In this document: one piece after another, positions 18,105-27,656 of the stretch
Position numbering within the stretch: position 1 is the stretch's first letter
Layout: every line of letters begins with the position of its first letter
Assembly: GCA_048886185.1 (NCBI GenBank)
Contig: JBHLKY010000006.1
Span: 144,967 to 176,966, forward strand
Source of the DNA: Candidatus Hermodarchaeota archaeon
Lineage (GTDB): Archaea; Asgardarchaeota; Heimdallarchaeia; Hodarchaeales; Hodarchaeaceae
Reading direction: 5' to 3'
Length of the DNA stretch: 32,000 nt
The notes under the pieces: generated by a model
The model's input: only the letters and a program-made list of their open reading frames with translations
Databases searched by the model: none
Told to the model about the DNA's origin: nothing
Program-made: the position numbers and the translations under genes

Positions 18105-18950
18105 CTAAAAATCGAGTTTACCAGCTAAAAAATCAGACCACCCTTGTTTATACTTCTCAGGACTATTGATATGATTCCAATAGACAGGGGGACTCGGAAT
18201 ATAGCCATAGAGGAGTCCCTCTTTAGCCAAAGTGGGAAACACATCCTTTTCAAGTGAGGAAACTTCTTTTTCAATATAAGTGAAGATTTCTGGTTCAAAT
18301 ATGTAAATTCCTGCATTAGTATACTGCAATCCCTTCTTCCCTCCACTTACAAACCTGGAGATTTTGCCACTTTTCTCCTCAAATTCAACTTGTCCGCTAG
18401 TGTTTTCAAGAATAAACATGGTTGCTATTCCCCCTTCTTTTATTTTTCTACGATGGTATTCCAGTAGTAAACCAAGATTTATATCAGTTATTAGATCCCC
18501 GTTCATAACGAGAAATGTTGATTTAAATTGTTTCCGAGCATTTAGTACTGCTCCAGCTGTATCTAGAGGGATTTCCTCTGAAATAAACCCAATTTCAACA
18601 CCAGGTATGTCTTTCTCGGAAAACTGCTGCTGAATGTGCTCTTTTAGATACCCTACCGATAGAAAAATCTCTCTAAGAGCATGTCGTTGTAATAAATCTA
18701 TAGAATATTCAAGAATTGGTTTATAACCAATAGGTAACATAACAGCTGGAGTAGCCACGGACATTGGACGAAAACTAGTTCCACGACCTCCACATAATAT
18801 TAATGATTTAATCGTGTGAGCTTCTAATGCAACCTTCAATGCCTGAATTATGAATTGTTTAACATTGCCATGACCCGCCACTTCCACCAGATTCAACCAA
18901 AAATTATTGGTAAATTCAATCGTATATTTGTGAATATCCTTACTTGCCAT
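18105..18950 (-). CDS. NDP-sugar pyrophosphorylase-like protein with an N-terminal RHH-like segment; catalytic motifs degenerate
   Basis: SLILCGGRGTSFRPM...P.VMLPIGYKPILEY, EEIPLDTAGA, VMNGDLITD, NAGIYIFEPEIF and SLEKDVFP. Confidence 0.85.
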   Translation of the reverse strand: MASKDIHKYTIEFTNNFWLNLVEVAGHGNVKQFIIQALKVALEAHTIKSLILCGGRGTSFRPMSVATPAVMLPIGYKPILEYSIDLLQRHALREIFLSVGYLKEHIQQQFSEKDIPGVEIGFISEEIPLDTAGAVLNARKQFKSTFLVMNGDLITDINLGLLLEYHRRKIKEGGIATMFILENTSGQVEFEEKSGKISRFVSGGKKGLQYTNAGIYIFEPEIFTYIEKEVSSLEKDVFPTLAKEGLLYGYIPSPPVYWNHINSPEKYKQGWSDFLAGKLDF

Positions 18951-18989
18951 TGGAAGTCATTCTCATATTATTTTCTGGAAACAAAGCGA

Positions 18990-19964
18990 TTACTTTTCAC
19001 GCTCGACAAGAAATTGGACTAATAACCTTAGAAACTCAAATAACTCATTTATTTCATAATATTTATTGCCCATTTCGTCTTGGATAGCCTTTAATTCATT
19101 TAAGCAAAATTGAGCATATTTATCTCTTACCTCTCTTACCTTATGATTGACTGAACGAAAAGCTTCTATGACGAATTTAATATCTTCTTCTGTTTTCTCT
19201 CCAACAGGTTTATTATAAATTTTCTTTATTTGCGAAGCATACTCCGTTTGTAAAATGAAAAATAGGAATAAGTTTCGTTTTGATTCTTGAATGTCCCAAT
19301 AGGGAACTTTTCCGAATTGTTCCGGATTTCCTAAAATATCTAAAAAATCATCTTGAATTTGGAATGCAATACCAGCAGCAACGATGGCTTCATGTAATCT
19401 ATCAGTAAATATATTACCCCGATCAGCTGCTAAACAACCTAATTTGACACAACCAGCAAAAACAATTGCTGTTTTCAATTCCATAATCTTGATGATGTGT
19501 TCCATATCAAAATCAAAATTCTTTTCCAACCGATCTTCTAGTTCAATGGCATTACCTAAACTGACATGGTAAGCATAGTCGAGAACTAAGTCTAAAGTAG
19601 GTTCATTTTTCAATAAAGTCAAAGCATAGGCATGAAGAACATCACCATCATGAAGAGCACGATCTGCTCCATGAATTATGTGAAAGGCTTTTCTTCCACG
19701 TCTAATAGGAGCACCATCAATTAAGTCATCATGAATTAATGTCATATTGTGAAGAAGCTCGATAGCAATGGCAGCATTATATGATCTTTCCATTGCTGCC
19801 TCACGATTTTCAGATTCTTTTACTAAAAGGTCAGTAGTTATAGCGATTAGGGCTGGACGTAGTCGTTTTCCTGCTGTATTAAGAATATAATCACGTATTC
19901 GCTCTTTCGTTGGACTAATAAGGCCATTAATGGCTTGGGAGAGCTTCTTGTCCAATTGTTCCAT
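18990..19964 (-). CDS. Polyprenyl diphosphate synthase (GGPPS/IdsA-like; alternative ATG at 20024)
   Basis: GKRLRP, ELLHNMTLIHDDLID...RRG (FARM), KTA, FQIQDDFLD (SARM) and GK..WDI.E.K. Confidence 0.92.
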   Translation of the reverse strand: MEQLDKKLSQAINGLISPTKERIRDYILNTAGKRLRPALIAITTDLLVKESENREAAMERSYNAAIAIELLHNMTLIHDDLIDGAPIRRGRKAFHIIHGADRALHDGDVLHAYALTLLKNEPTLDLVLDYAYHVSLGNAIELEDRLEKNFDFDMEHIIKIMELKTAIVFAGCVKLGCLAADRGNIFTDRLHEAIVAAGIAFQIQDDFLDILGNPEQFGKVPYWDIQESKRNLFLFFILQTEYASQIKKIYNKPVGEKTEEDIKFVIEAFRSVNHKVREVRDKYAQFCLNELKAIQDEMGNKYYEINELFEFLRLLVQFLVEREK

Positions 19965-20160
19965 AATTTCTGCATCTAGAAATTGTATTACCACGAAAAA
20001 AGACCTCTTTTTCCCAGTGTACATAATGATGTTTTTTTTCGGTTCGCTGCTTATATTTTACTGTAGAGTGACCTTCTGTCATCCAGTAGGCTCAATTTTT
20101 CGGCCAATATTTAATAGGTTTCCTTAACCGATAGCCTTTTCCAATGCAACTGAGATTCAT

Positions 20161-21480
20161 GTGTGGATGATCCAACAATTGCTCCTTAAAATCTGTTCAT
20201 ATTGTGGTAAGAAAACTCCAATAAAGAACTTTTGTGTCTTTTGTGGAAATCCTTTATCAAATATTAATATTTGTCCTCAATGTCAGAGCACAATTCCCAT
20301 TAATACTACTTCTTGTCCGTTTTGTACCTATCCATTCACTCTAGAAAAATTTAAAATTACAGAAAAAGATTCTTCGCACTTTAATTGGATTTTTACTAGA
20401 TATTACTTTGCAATATTGGTTATATTTCTTCTCTCGACATATGCACTAACACAGATACTGGTTGGATCTATATTTTTGTTACTCTTTCCATCTGAATTCT
20501 TTAACGATCCTATTTTCTCTTCAACGATTTCATTACTAATTATGTTGGTAAGTAGTACCTTACTAATCATAATCATAGTAAAAATGTTACCCTTTTCATT
20601 ACAAGAAGTGTCTATTGAAAGACCCCACACATTTAATCGCTTTTTGTTGCTTCTCATACTCATAGTATCTATTTCTATCATTGAAATTATAGTTACTTTA
20701 GTGGATTTTGGATTAAATCTGATCAATTTGGACCCCTCTCTCTCTTCACCCTATGATGATTACTTTACAACTCCGATTACTATCCTAGCTTTCGCATTTT
20801 TAGCTATAATAATTGGTCCTGTTTTTGAGGAACTTGTTTTCCGGCGTTTTGCTATCTCTACAATGCTGAAACAATATCAATCAAAGTCTGTTGCGGTTTG
20901 TACAAGCGCATTAATTTTCAGCTTAGCCCATACTGTGACAAACCTATCGGTAAGTCTTCGTTATGCGATTTTACACCTAATATCTACTTTCATTCTTGGA
21001 ATAGTGTTAGGAATAATATTTCTTAGATGGGGTTTGAAATATGCAATAGTTTTTCATTCGGGTTGGAACGCTTTTTCTTTATTAGTCCAAATTTTGATCT
21101 TAAGTGAAGCAATGCAGATTATTGACTTAATTATAGTACTCTTCATTTGTATTACGACTGTCTTCGCATTCTATTCACTTGTTCTGTTTCGTACGTCTTT
21201 AAGTGGAACTTCTTTCAGACTAGTTCTCCCTGCAAGAAATGAACTTCGACTAGTTTCAGAAAATTTTCTGTTAATTATTATTTATGAGGTAATTTTACCT
21301 TTTATACTTCTATCTCCAGCTCAAAACATTATTACAGCAGGATTTGTCTTTCTTTACCAATTTTGTGGCTTTTTTATTGGTCTAAAACTAATTACAAAAG
21401 AGCAAAGAATGTCTAATCCTCATCCTAACAATTTAATAGATCTTGATGCTTACTATGATGATATATCTTCATCAGAATAA
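20161..21480 (+). CDS. CPBP (Rce1/Abi-type) intramembrane glutamic endopeptidase with N-terminal double zinc ribbon
   Basis: Four CxxC pairs at the N-terminus. GPVFEELVFRR (EExxxR), FSLAH (FxxxH) and FHSGWN (HxxxN) are present, with many TM helices. Alternative ATG at 20167. Confidence 0.88.
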   Translation: MWMIQQLLLKICSYCGKKTPIKNFCVFCGNPLSNINICPQCQSTIPINTTSCPFCTYPFTLEKFKITEKDSSHFNWIFTRYYFAILVIFLLSTYALTQILVGSIFLLLFPSEFFNDPIFSSTISLLIMLVSSTLLIIIIVKMLPFSLQEVSIERPHTFNRFLLLLILIVSISIIEIIVTLVDFGLNLINLDPSLSSPYDDYFTTPITILAFAFLAIIIGPVFEELVFRRFAISTMLKQYQSKSVAVCTSALIFSLAHTVTNLSVSLRYAILHLISTFILGIVLGIIFLRWGLKYAIVFHSGWNAFSLLVQILILSEAMQIIDLIIVLFICITTVFAFYSLVLFRTSLSGTSFRLVLPARNELRLVSENFLLIIIYEVILPFILLSPAQNIITAGFVFLYQFCGFFIGLKLITKEQRMSNPHPNNLIDLDAYYDDISSSE

Positions 21481-21564
21481 CCGCAACATTTGGCAAGTAT
21501 TTTAATTCTTTTTCACTATACTCTTTGAGAAAGCATTGTAAAAAAAGGAAAAAATCGTAAAGTA

Positions 21565-22560
21565 TCAATGTGAGATACTAAAGTGTGATTTGGGATCCTC
21601 GATAAAAACTGGAACTGCTGCTGCCCCTCTTTTCACTTCAATATCATCCATTCTAAGAACTCGGACGATTTCTTTGAATCTATTGCGAATTGTAACTGGA
21701 GTTGTTTTTGCAGCGCGAGCAATCTGTTGTTGTGTTCGTCGTTCTCCTGTTTTTACTCCTGCAATATATAAACAAGCAGCAGCTATAGACATGGGATTTT
21801 TTCCTACAGTAATACCATATTCTCTTGTTTGTTTTGCAATATTGACTGCTATCATTCTAGTAGGCATGGAAAGAGACAATTCCTCTCCTAAACGATGTAT
21901 CAATGCTTCGTGTCTTCCAGAATCAGGTTTTGTTTGAAGATGCTGAACTATTGTCCTGACACAACGTCCAAGCTCTTTAAAGGAAACGTTCGTATTAGTT
22001 GAAACATCTTTTAACGTGAGGGGGATCTTAGTCTTGCGACATGCTAAGTAAAGACTTGCTGCGATCATTCCATCGATTGATCGTCCTCGAATAAGATTCT
22101 TTTTTAAACATTGACGATAATACGAGCTTGCCATTTGAGCTGTGCGGTCTGGTAATTCCATTTGGCTTCTTAGTCTTTTAAGCTCACGTAAGGCAATTCT
22201 AAGGTTTCTAATCTCGCTTTCATGGGCGTGATTATCGACATTTGTTAAGCGATTAAATGCCAATCGTTTTGAGGATGATAATTTTCTTCCTTTGCCATCT
22301 TTTCGGGATCTGCTTATCTGAGTTTTGATACCAAAGTCTGGTTGGAGCAATGACAGCGGTGATCCTCCCCGTGAGCGATCTTGTTCTTCTTGATAATCAT
22401 AAGCACGCCATTCAGGGCCTTGATCAAACATTAAAGAATCAACGACAACTCCACAACAGGCACAAATGAATTGTCCGAGCCTATGATCGGAAACAACATT
22501 GTCTAAAGCACCACATTCAGGACATTTTCTATGACGGCCGATTTCATGCTTCGTTACCAT
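21565..22560 (-). CDS. tfb: Transcription initiation factor IIB (alternative TTG start at 22581)
   Basis: Zn ribbon CPECG...CACCG, DQGPEWRA B-reader, two cyclin repeats (RGRSIDGMIAASLYLACR; GKNPMSIAAACLY) and VTIRNRFKE. Confidence 0.96.
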   Translation of the reverse strand: MVTKHEIGRHRKCPECGALDNVVSDHRLGQFICACCGVVVDSLMFDQGPEWRAYDYQEEQDRSRGGSPLSLLQPDFGIKTQISRSRKDGKGRKLSSSKRLAFNRLTNVDNHAHESEIRNLRIALRELKRLRSQMELPDRTAQMASSYYRQCLKKNLIRGRSIDGMIAASLYLACRKTKIPLTLKDVSTNTNVSFKELGRCVRTIVQHLQTKPDSGRHEALIHRLGEELSLSMPTRMIAVNIAKQTREYGITVGKNPMSIAAACLYIAGVKTGERRTQQQIARAAKTTPVTIRNRFKEIVRVLRMDDIEVKRGAAAVPVFIEDPKSHFSISH

Positions 22561-22882
22561 GTTAATCGTGATTACTCCCAATAATAAATTTTAATGGTTT
22601 TCTAGATAACTTTTACGCCTTTTTTATTTGGAAATCCAAAGGCTGTAGATTAATATGATTTCGTTTTTATTTTATTTTATGCCTTAGTCTGGCGTTCTTA
22701 ACTGAATCCGTTACTTAAAATCCAATAACTCATCAATTATTACATTTGGATATACTAGTTAATTTATACGAAATAAGGAAAATTTAACTAGATAGTTATG
22801 TGAATATTCCACTTCAAGCACAATTAACTTATATCAGCCATCGATTCAACTTAAAATTAAATAAGAATACAATACCACGAGT

Positions 22883-23767
22883 TTATCTTACAATAAAGTT
22901 CTCGTTCAAAACTTTTTTGCTATAAAATTCCCCAGCACAATATGAGCTCCTAACAAGTGGCCCAGAGACTACATAAAGGAAACCCATTTCAAGAGCTTTA
23001 TTTTTCCAAAAGTCAAATTTTTCAGGTTTTAGAAACTCAACTACATCCAGTTGACGTCGTGAAGGTTGAAGATATTGGCCCAACGTTACGATGTCCACTT
23101 TTACACGTCTTAGTTCTTCTAGAGTGGATAATATTTGATCATCTGTCTCACCAAATCCCAGTATTATTGAGGATTTCGTTAAGATATGGGGATTTAGCTT
23201 CTTAATATGTTTTAGAATTTGAATGGATTGATTAAAGCTAGCTTTCTTATCACGAACACGCGGGGTTAACACTTCAGTTGTTTCTATGTTATGCCCGACC
23301 ACATTTGGATTACTCTCAATAAGTCTCTGAAGAGCAGTTAAATTTCCTTGGAAATCTGGAATAAGAATTTCTATTATTATATTGGGATTTTTCCGCTTTA
23401 TACTCCTTATACATCTACTTAAATGCTCTGATCCTCCATCAATCAAATCGTCTCGTGTTACAGATGTAAGGACCACATATTTTAGCCCAAGTTCTTCAAC
23501 TGCTCGCGCAAGGTTTTCTGGCTCCTTGGGATCAAGAGATTGGTGGGGATTACGTGTCTGTACATTACAAAATTTACAGGAACGCGTGCAAAAGGGTCCC
23601 ATTAATAAGAAAGTAGCTGTGCCTGATTCCCAACATTCAGTACAATTAGGACAAAAGGCCTCTTCGCAAATAGTATGAAGATTCTGTTTTCTGAGCAATC
23701 TTCGGATATTTCCAAATTCCTTTTCAGATGGAAGTTTTGCTTTGATCCACTTTGGCTTTCTTTTCAC
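22883..23767 (-). CDS. lipA: Lipoyl synthase (radical SAM, classical LipA type)
   Basis: CEEAFCPNCTEC (CX4CX5C), CTRSCKFC, VVLTSVTRDDL.DGG, HNIET, TLGQYLQPS and GPLVRSSY. Confidence 0.96.
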   Translation of the reverse strand: MKRKPKWIKAKLPSEKEFGNIRRLLRKQNLHTICEEAFCPNCTECWESGTATFLLMGPFCTRSCKFCNVQTRNPHQSLDPKEPENLARAVEELGLKYVVLTSVTRDDLIDGGSEHLSRCIRSIKRKNPNIIIEILIPDFQGNLTALQRLIESNPNVVGHNIETTEVLTPRVRDKKASFNQSIQILKHIKKLNPHILTKSSIILGFGETDDQILSTLEELRRVKVDIVTLGQYLQPSRRQLDVVEFLKPEKFDFWKNKALEMGFLYVVSGPLVRSSYCAGEFYSKKVLNENFIVR

Positions 23768-23921
23768 TATAAGTATCGCCTACAGATAAAAAGAAACTGA
23801 ATTGTATCGAAGAAAAAGAAAAAGATGAAAAAATAAATAGGTTGAGATCACCAAAAAGTAGCCATTTTAAATATCAATAGTTACAGCCAATTTGGTTTAA
23901 TTATCTGTAAATAGGTCTCTA

Positions 23922-26360
23922 TTGGTGATAAATCCTTTGATTTTTCAGAATGAACTGCAGAATATTATTAATAGCGTTCCTTTAGAACAACTTCTTGCAG
24001 GTGGTATTAGCTTCATCTTGGTTTTAATATTCCTGCTTGAATTGAGAAAATACTTGAAGTATCGTGCCTTTCCTGATCTTATGGAGCTTTCAGGGGTGGG
24101 TGGTATGGCTGCTGGACTCTTTGCGTTAACAGGTGATATCCTCCTAGCAGTTTTGGCTGCAATCTTAGCTTTAATGATAATTGGATGTTTCGAAATACGA
24201 GAAAATCCGATATGGTTTCGAATGATGGTTACTTTTACTTTCAGTTATGGCTTCTTTTTTGTAATGGTGGTTTTAGGATTTGTTACGGCTCAAGTATATC
24301 CTTCTTTTGGAAATAATATCAAAGAATTATTAATTTCTGCTGGATTTAGCCCTAATATCCAGATTCAACAATTCTTCGTTGGAATTGGTTACAATCTTGT
24401 GCTTTGGATTATGGTTTTAACAGCATTCATCGTATTTGGTAGAAAATTCATTATTGTCACTCGATTTATTAGTCCTCAAATGGTATATCTTGTGCTGTAT
24501 TTAGTAGTCCTGTTATTGATTCTGCAGTTACACCTTCCTGAAAACCTAGATTGGCTCAAATATTTTGCTGTTTTTCTGGCGAATTTCTTTATTTACATTA
24601 TTTCTGGTCCATTATTAACAATTTTGTTTGGAATTAAACCTTTGGAGGATCAACGAGTGGAGAACATTATTAAGGAGGTACAAACAAAAATTGATACTCC
24701 AATTCGAAAAATTGGCATTGTAAAAGCTCCAATTCTGAATGCTTTCGCGTATGGCCCCTGGTTTGATCAACGTATTGCTTTCATTGCCTCTGACTTAAAC
24801 CAATTCACAGATGCCGAAATTCGGGGAATAACAGCCCACGAATTGATTCATACTAAGAAGAAACACACTCTTTGGTTATTAGCACTGACTGCAGTTGAAA
24901 TTGTCATAAAATACATTGTTGATGCCCCCATCGGAGGAGCATGGGAATTAGCATTAGGCACAACAAGTTGGGACTTTTTGAGCTATTGGGTATTTAATAT
25001 TGTTTTATTTGCCATTTTAGTTACTTTCGTTAAAATAATGGAAGGTCAAGCTGACAAAATCAGCAGAGAAAATGGATTTGGTATTGATCTAGCTGAGTCT
25101 TTATATCGTTTGGAAGGTTTTTATTATGGTATTGCTGGAGAGATCGGTTTTAATGTTCAACTGATGACAGGAAAGACACGGTCTGATGACGAAAACATTC
25201 GTTTTATGGGAGACCAAGCTTATTATCTATACCGCAACCTCGCTCCGAGCAGAATGACTTGTTTTATGAACTTGATTGCGTCCCATCCTTTAACATCTAT
25301 TCGCCTAGCGATACAAACAGACCAATCTATAGGAGCCATTCAAGCTGGTTTTATGATATGGCTGTTATTAATTCCAGGATTAAGGAAAAGAACAATACGG
25401 AGACTTCAGAAAAACCATGAAAAACTTGCTGAATTACTATCCCAAAAATACACTCGAGATATTGGCACAATAGACTCCTATTTAGAAATTACATATGAAG
25501 AAAATTGGGCAAAATATTATATTGGACGATATGTTCTTGCGAAACCTTGGTTGTCTGAAGGTGTGGCCTATTGGGGGAAAGTTACGAATTATTCCAAGAC
25601 AGAAAACATAGTTTCTCCAATCGAATTAGAATTGGAGGATTACGATGGAAAGATCGTTAAAATCTCTAAAAGTAATTATATGCTTGCCATTGCGGAACCA
25701 CAACATAAATACTATACAAAAGATGGAAAAATAGCCATTTTAGATCATGTTAAAATTAAGAATGGAAAATTTCGTAAGTTTTACTTTTCATATAATGGAA
25801 ACAAAATCTCATCAAAATCCATTGGATTAGACACATCTGAATTTCAACAACTTGCTTATTGGTTAGTTTACAAAGAAGGTAAAATCCAACCCTGGAGTTT
25901 AAAAGAAGTTAAATTAGAAAAGACTTTTAGAGAATCTATTTTTATTTTTGAAGATGAGATTCAAAACAAGCTCCAATACCAAGGACAAGATATAGTTATC
26001 TCTTCTCCTCCTTTAATACAAATGATTTACGAAAGAAATTGGGCAAAGGAAAAAGCTTTTTTTAGGCTTCTACAAAGTTTAGGTGAACCCATTATTCTCT
26101 ATGATAAAGAAGATATTGACATTGGAACTCCATGTAAAATTAAAAACTTAGGGGATGATGATACAATAGAACTGTTAGAGGGACGAACCTCACGCGTAAT
26201 AACACCAAACAAAATAGATGCATTAATCTTAGATTATCCTTTCTATCTTATTAATTTTCGTAAGGAAATGGGTCTTGGAAATATCCTCTCACTAAAATTG
26301 TTTAACAGAGGCCTCAAAACTAAGTATATAGGCCTTAATGGCTTTTACATCAAATATTAA
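23922..26360 (+). CDS. M48 family (HtpX/Ste24-like) zinc metalloprotease with extra N-terminal TMs and a ~290-aa C-terminal soluble region
   Basis: NAFAYG, AHELIH (HExxH), MEGQAD and ASHP. Highly hydrophobic N-terminal half. Confidence 0.85.
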   Translation: MVINPLIFQNELQNIINSVPLEQLLAGGISFILVLIFLLELRKYLKYRAFPDLMELSGVGGMAAGLFALTGDILLAVLAAILALMIIGCFEIRENPIWFRMMVTFTFSYGFFFVMVVLGFVTAQVYPSFGNNIKELLISAGFSPNIQIQQFFVGIGYNLVLWIMVLTAFIVFGRKFIIVTRFISPQMVYLVLYLVVLLLILQLHLPENLDWLKYFAVFLANFFIYIISGPLLTILFGIKPLEDQRVENIIKEVQTKIDTPIRKIGIVKAPILNAFAYGPWFDQRIAFIASDLNQFTDAEIRGITAHELIHTKKKHTLWLLALTAVEIVIKYIVDAPIGGAWELALGTTSWDFLSYWVFNIVLFAILVTFVKIMEGQADKISRENGFGIDLAESLYRLEGFYYGIAGEIGFNVQLMTGKTRSDDENIRFMGDQAYYLYRNLAPSRMTCFMNLIASHPLTSIRLAIQTDQSIGAIQAGFMIWLLLIPGLRKRTIRRLQKNHEKLAELLSQKYTRDIGTIDSYLEITYEENWAKYYIGRYVLAKPWLSEGVAYWGKVTNYSKTENIVSPIELELEDYDGKIVKISKSNYMLAIAEPQHKYYTKDGKIAILDHVKIKNGKFRKFYFSYNGNKISSKSIGLDTSEFQQLAYWLVYKEGKIQPWSLKEVKLEKTFRESIFIFEDEIQNKLQYQGQDIVISSPPLIQMIYERNWAKEKAFFRLLQSLGEPIILYDKEDIDIGTPCKIKNLGDDDTIELLEGRTSRVITPNKIDALILDYPFYLINFRKEMGLGNILSLKLFNRGLKTKYIGLNGFYIKY

Positions 26361-26400
26361 TTGTTTTCTGAGAAGTATAATCGTTATTAGTATAAAGATG

Positions 26401-27648
26401 TTAATTCTTTGTTTCTAAAAGTTCCGTTGTTATATCCTTAGCTCTTTGACGTCTCTCAATAAGAGAGTCAGAAAGCTGATTTAGCTTTTTGGTGTTAAGA
26501 TTAATTTCTTCTTCTTTTAAATTTAATGATTCAGTTAATGATGTTATTTCAGTCTCGCATTGAGTTAATTTTTTATTGATTGATTGGAATTCTGAAGATT
26601 TATCTATATCCTCTTTTCGTTTCAAATGTTCGTTCCATTCCTTTTTCCATGAATCCATCTTTCCCTGTTGCAGGGCTTTCAATTCTTGGGTTAAATTGTT
26701 AATGCTTTTTTGCTTTAAATGGAGATCAGATTCTCCCACAGTGAGTAACTCCTCCATTAGTGCAATAATTTCAGGATTACCTTCTTCTTCTTCAAGAAAA
26801 CTTTGAACAGGATTCTTCTCATAGGCTAGTGCTGTATTCACAAAACCAAATTCACCTGAAATTGATCCTCGTTGAATTTCACGAGCATATTTCTTGAATA
26901 TTTTCTTAAATGAGTTTAAATGTTTCCCAATTTCTATTTCTACCTCGGTCATTCGAATACCATGGTTTCGTGAATTTTGAATTAACGGATTCTCTAATAG
27001 AAGAGTATAATTTTCCTCAACTTCTGCTTTTGCTTCCTTTAGTGCTTTATATTCATCCTGTAAAAGATTAATGCTTTCTTTCGTTTGTGAAATTTGCTCT
27101 GAAAGATCCTGAACATCTTTTTCCAAACTTACTAAGTCTTCAAGTGTTTTTATTATACGGTACTCCTCTTTTTGCAGGTCACGTAATTTTGATAACTCAG
27201 ATCCTAATTTACTAAGAGGAGAGTATATTGATCGCTTCTTAAGAGCAAAATCTATACCCATTATTCTGTCAGCTTTTATACATTCACGATTAATTTCATT
27301 TAGCATCCGAGAAACAGATCGAATGAATTGAGTTAATTCAACGGATGTCAACTTTTGAGAGGCGTCAGGAACACTAAAATCTGAATAATTTTCATCTATG
27401 TAATGAGCTAATCCATTAATCGCTTTATGAGACTCAAATTGAGACCGAAATTTGATTTTCTTCATTCCTTCCTCTGTTAACTTTGGTTCAGTTTCCTCAA
27501 TAAGTTTTTTACACCCTTCTTTCATACTCTCTGAATGTTTTTGCATTGATTGGAGGAGTTTTTTACTTTTTTCATATGCTAAATTAATCTCTTTTCTTTT
27601 CTCTGATCGTATTTCCTCAGCTAAACCTTCAATCTCATCTTCAGTCAT
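26401..27648 (-). CDS. Long coiled-coil protein of unknown function
   Basis: E/K/L-rich heptads over most of the length, with no Walker motif. AGGTGG Shine-Dalgarno 8 nt after the upstream stop. Confidence 0.8.
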   Translation of the reverse strand: MTEDEIEGLAEEIRSEKRKEINLAYEKSKKLLQSMQKHSESMKEGCKKLIEETEPKLTEEGMKKIKFRSQFESHKAINGLAHYIDENYSDFSVPDASQKLTSVELTQFIRSVSRMLNEINRECIKADRIMGIDFALKKRSIYSPLSKLGSELSKLRDLQKEEYRIIKTLEDLVSLEKDVQDLSEQISQTKESINLLQDEYKALKEAKAEVEENYTLLLENPLIQNSRNHGIRMTEVEIEIGKHLNSFKKIFKKYAREIQRGSISGEFGFVNTALAYEKNPVQSFLEEEEGNPEIIALMEELLTVGESDLHLKQKSINNLTQELKALQQGKMDSWKKEWNEHLKRKEDIDKSSEFQSINKKLTQCETEITSLTESLNLKEEEINLNTKKLNQLSDSLIERRQRAKDITTELLETKN

Positions 27649-27656
27649 TTAACCAC

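Noticed and set aside
22755-22791. CTAGTTAA...TTAACTAG inverted repeat between lipA and tfb
   Set aside because: Only 8 AT-rich bp with a 21-nt spacer, which is compatible with chance.
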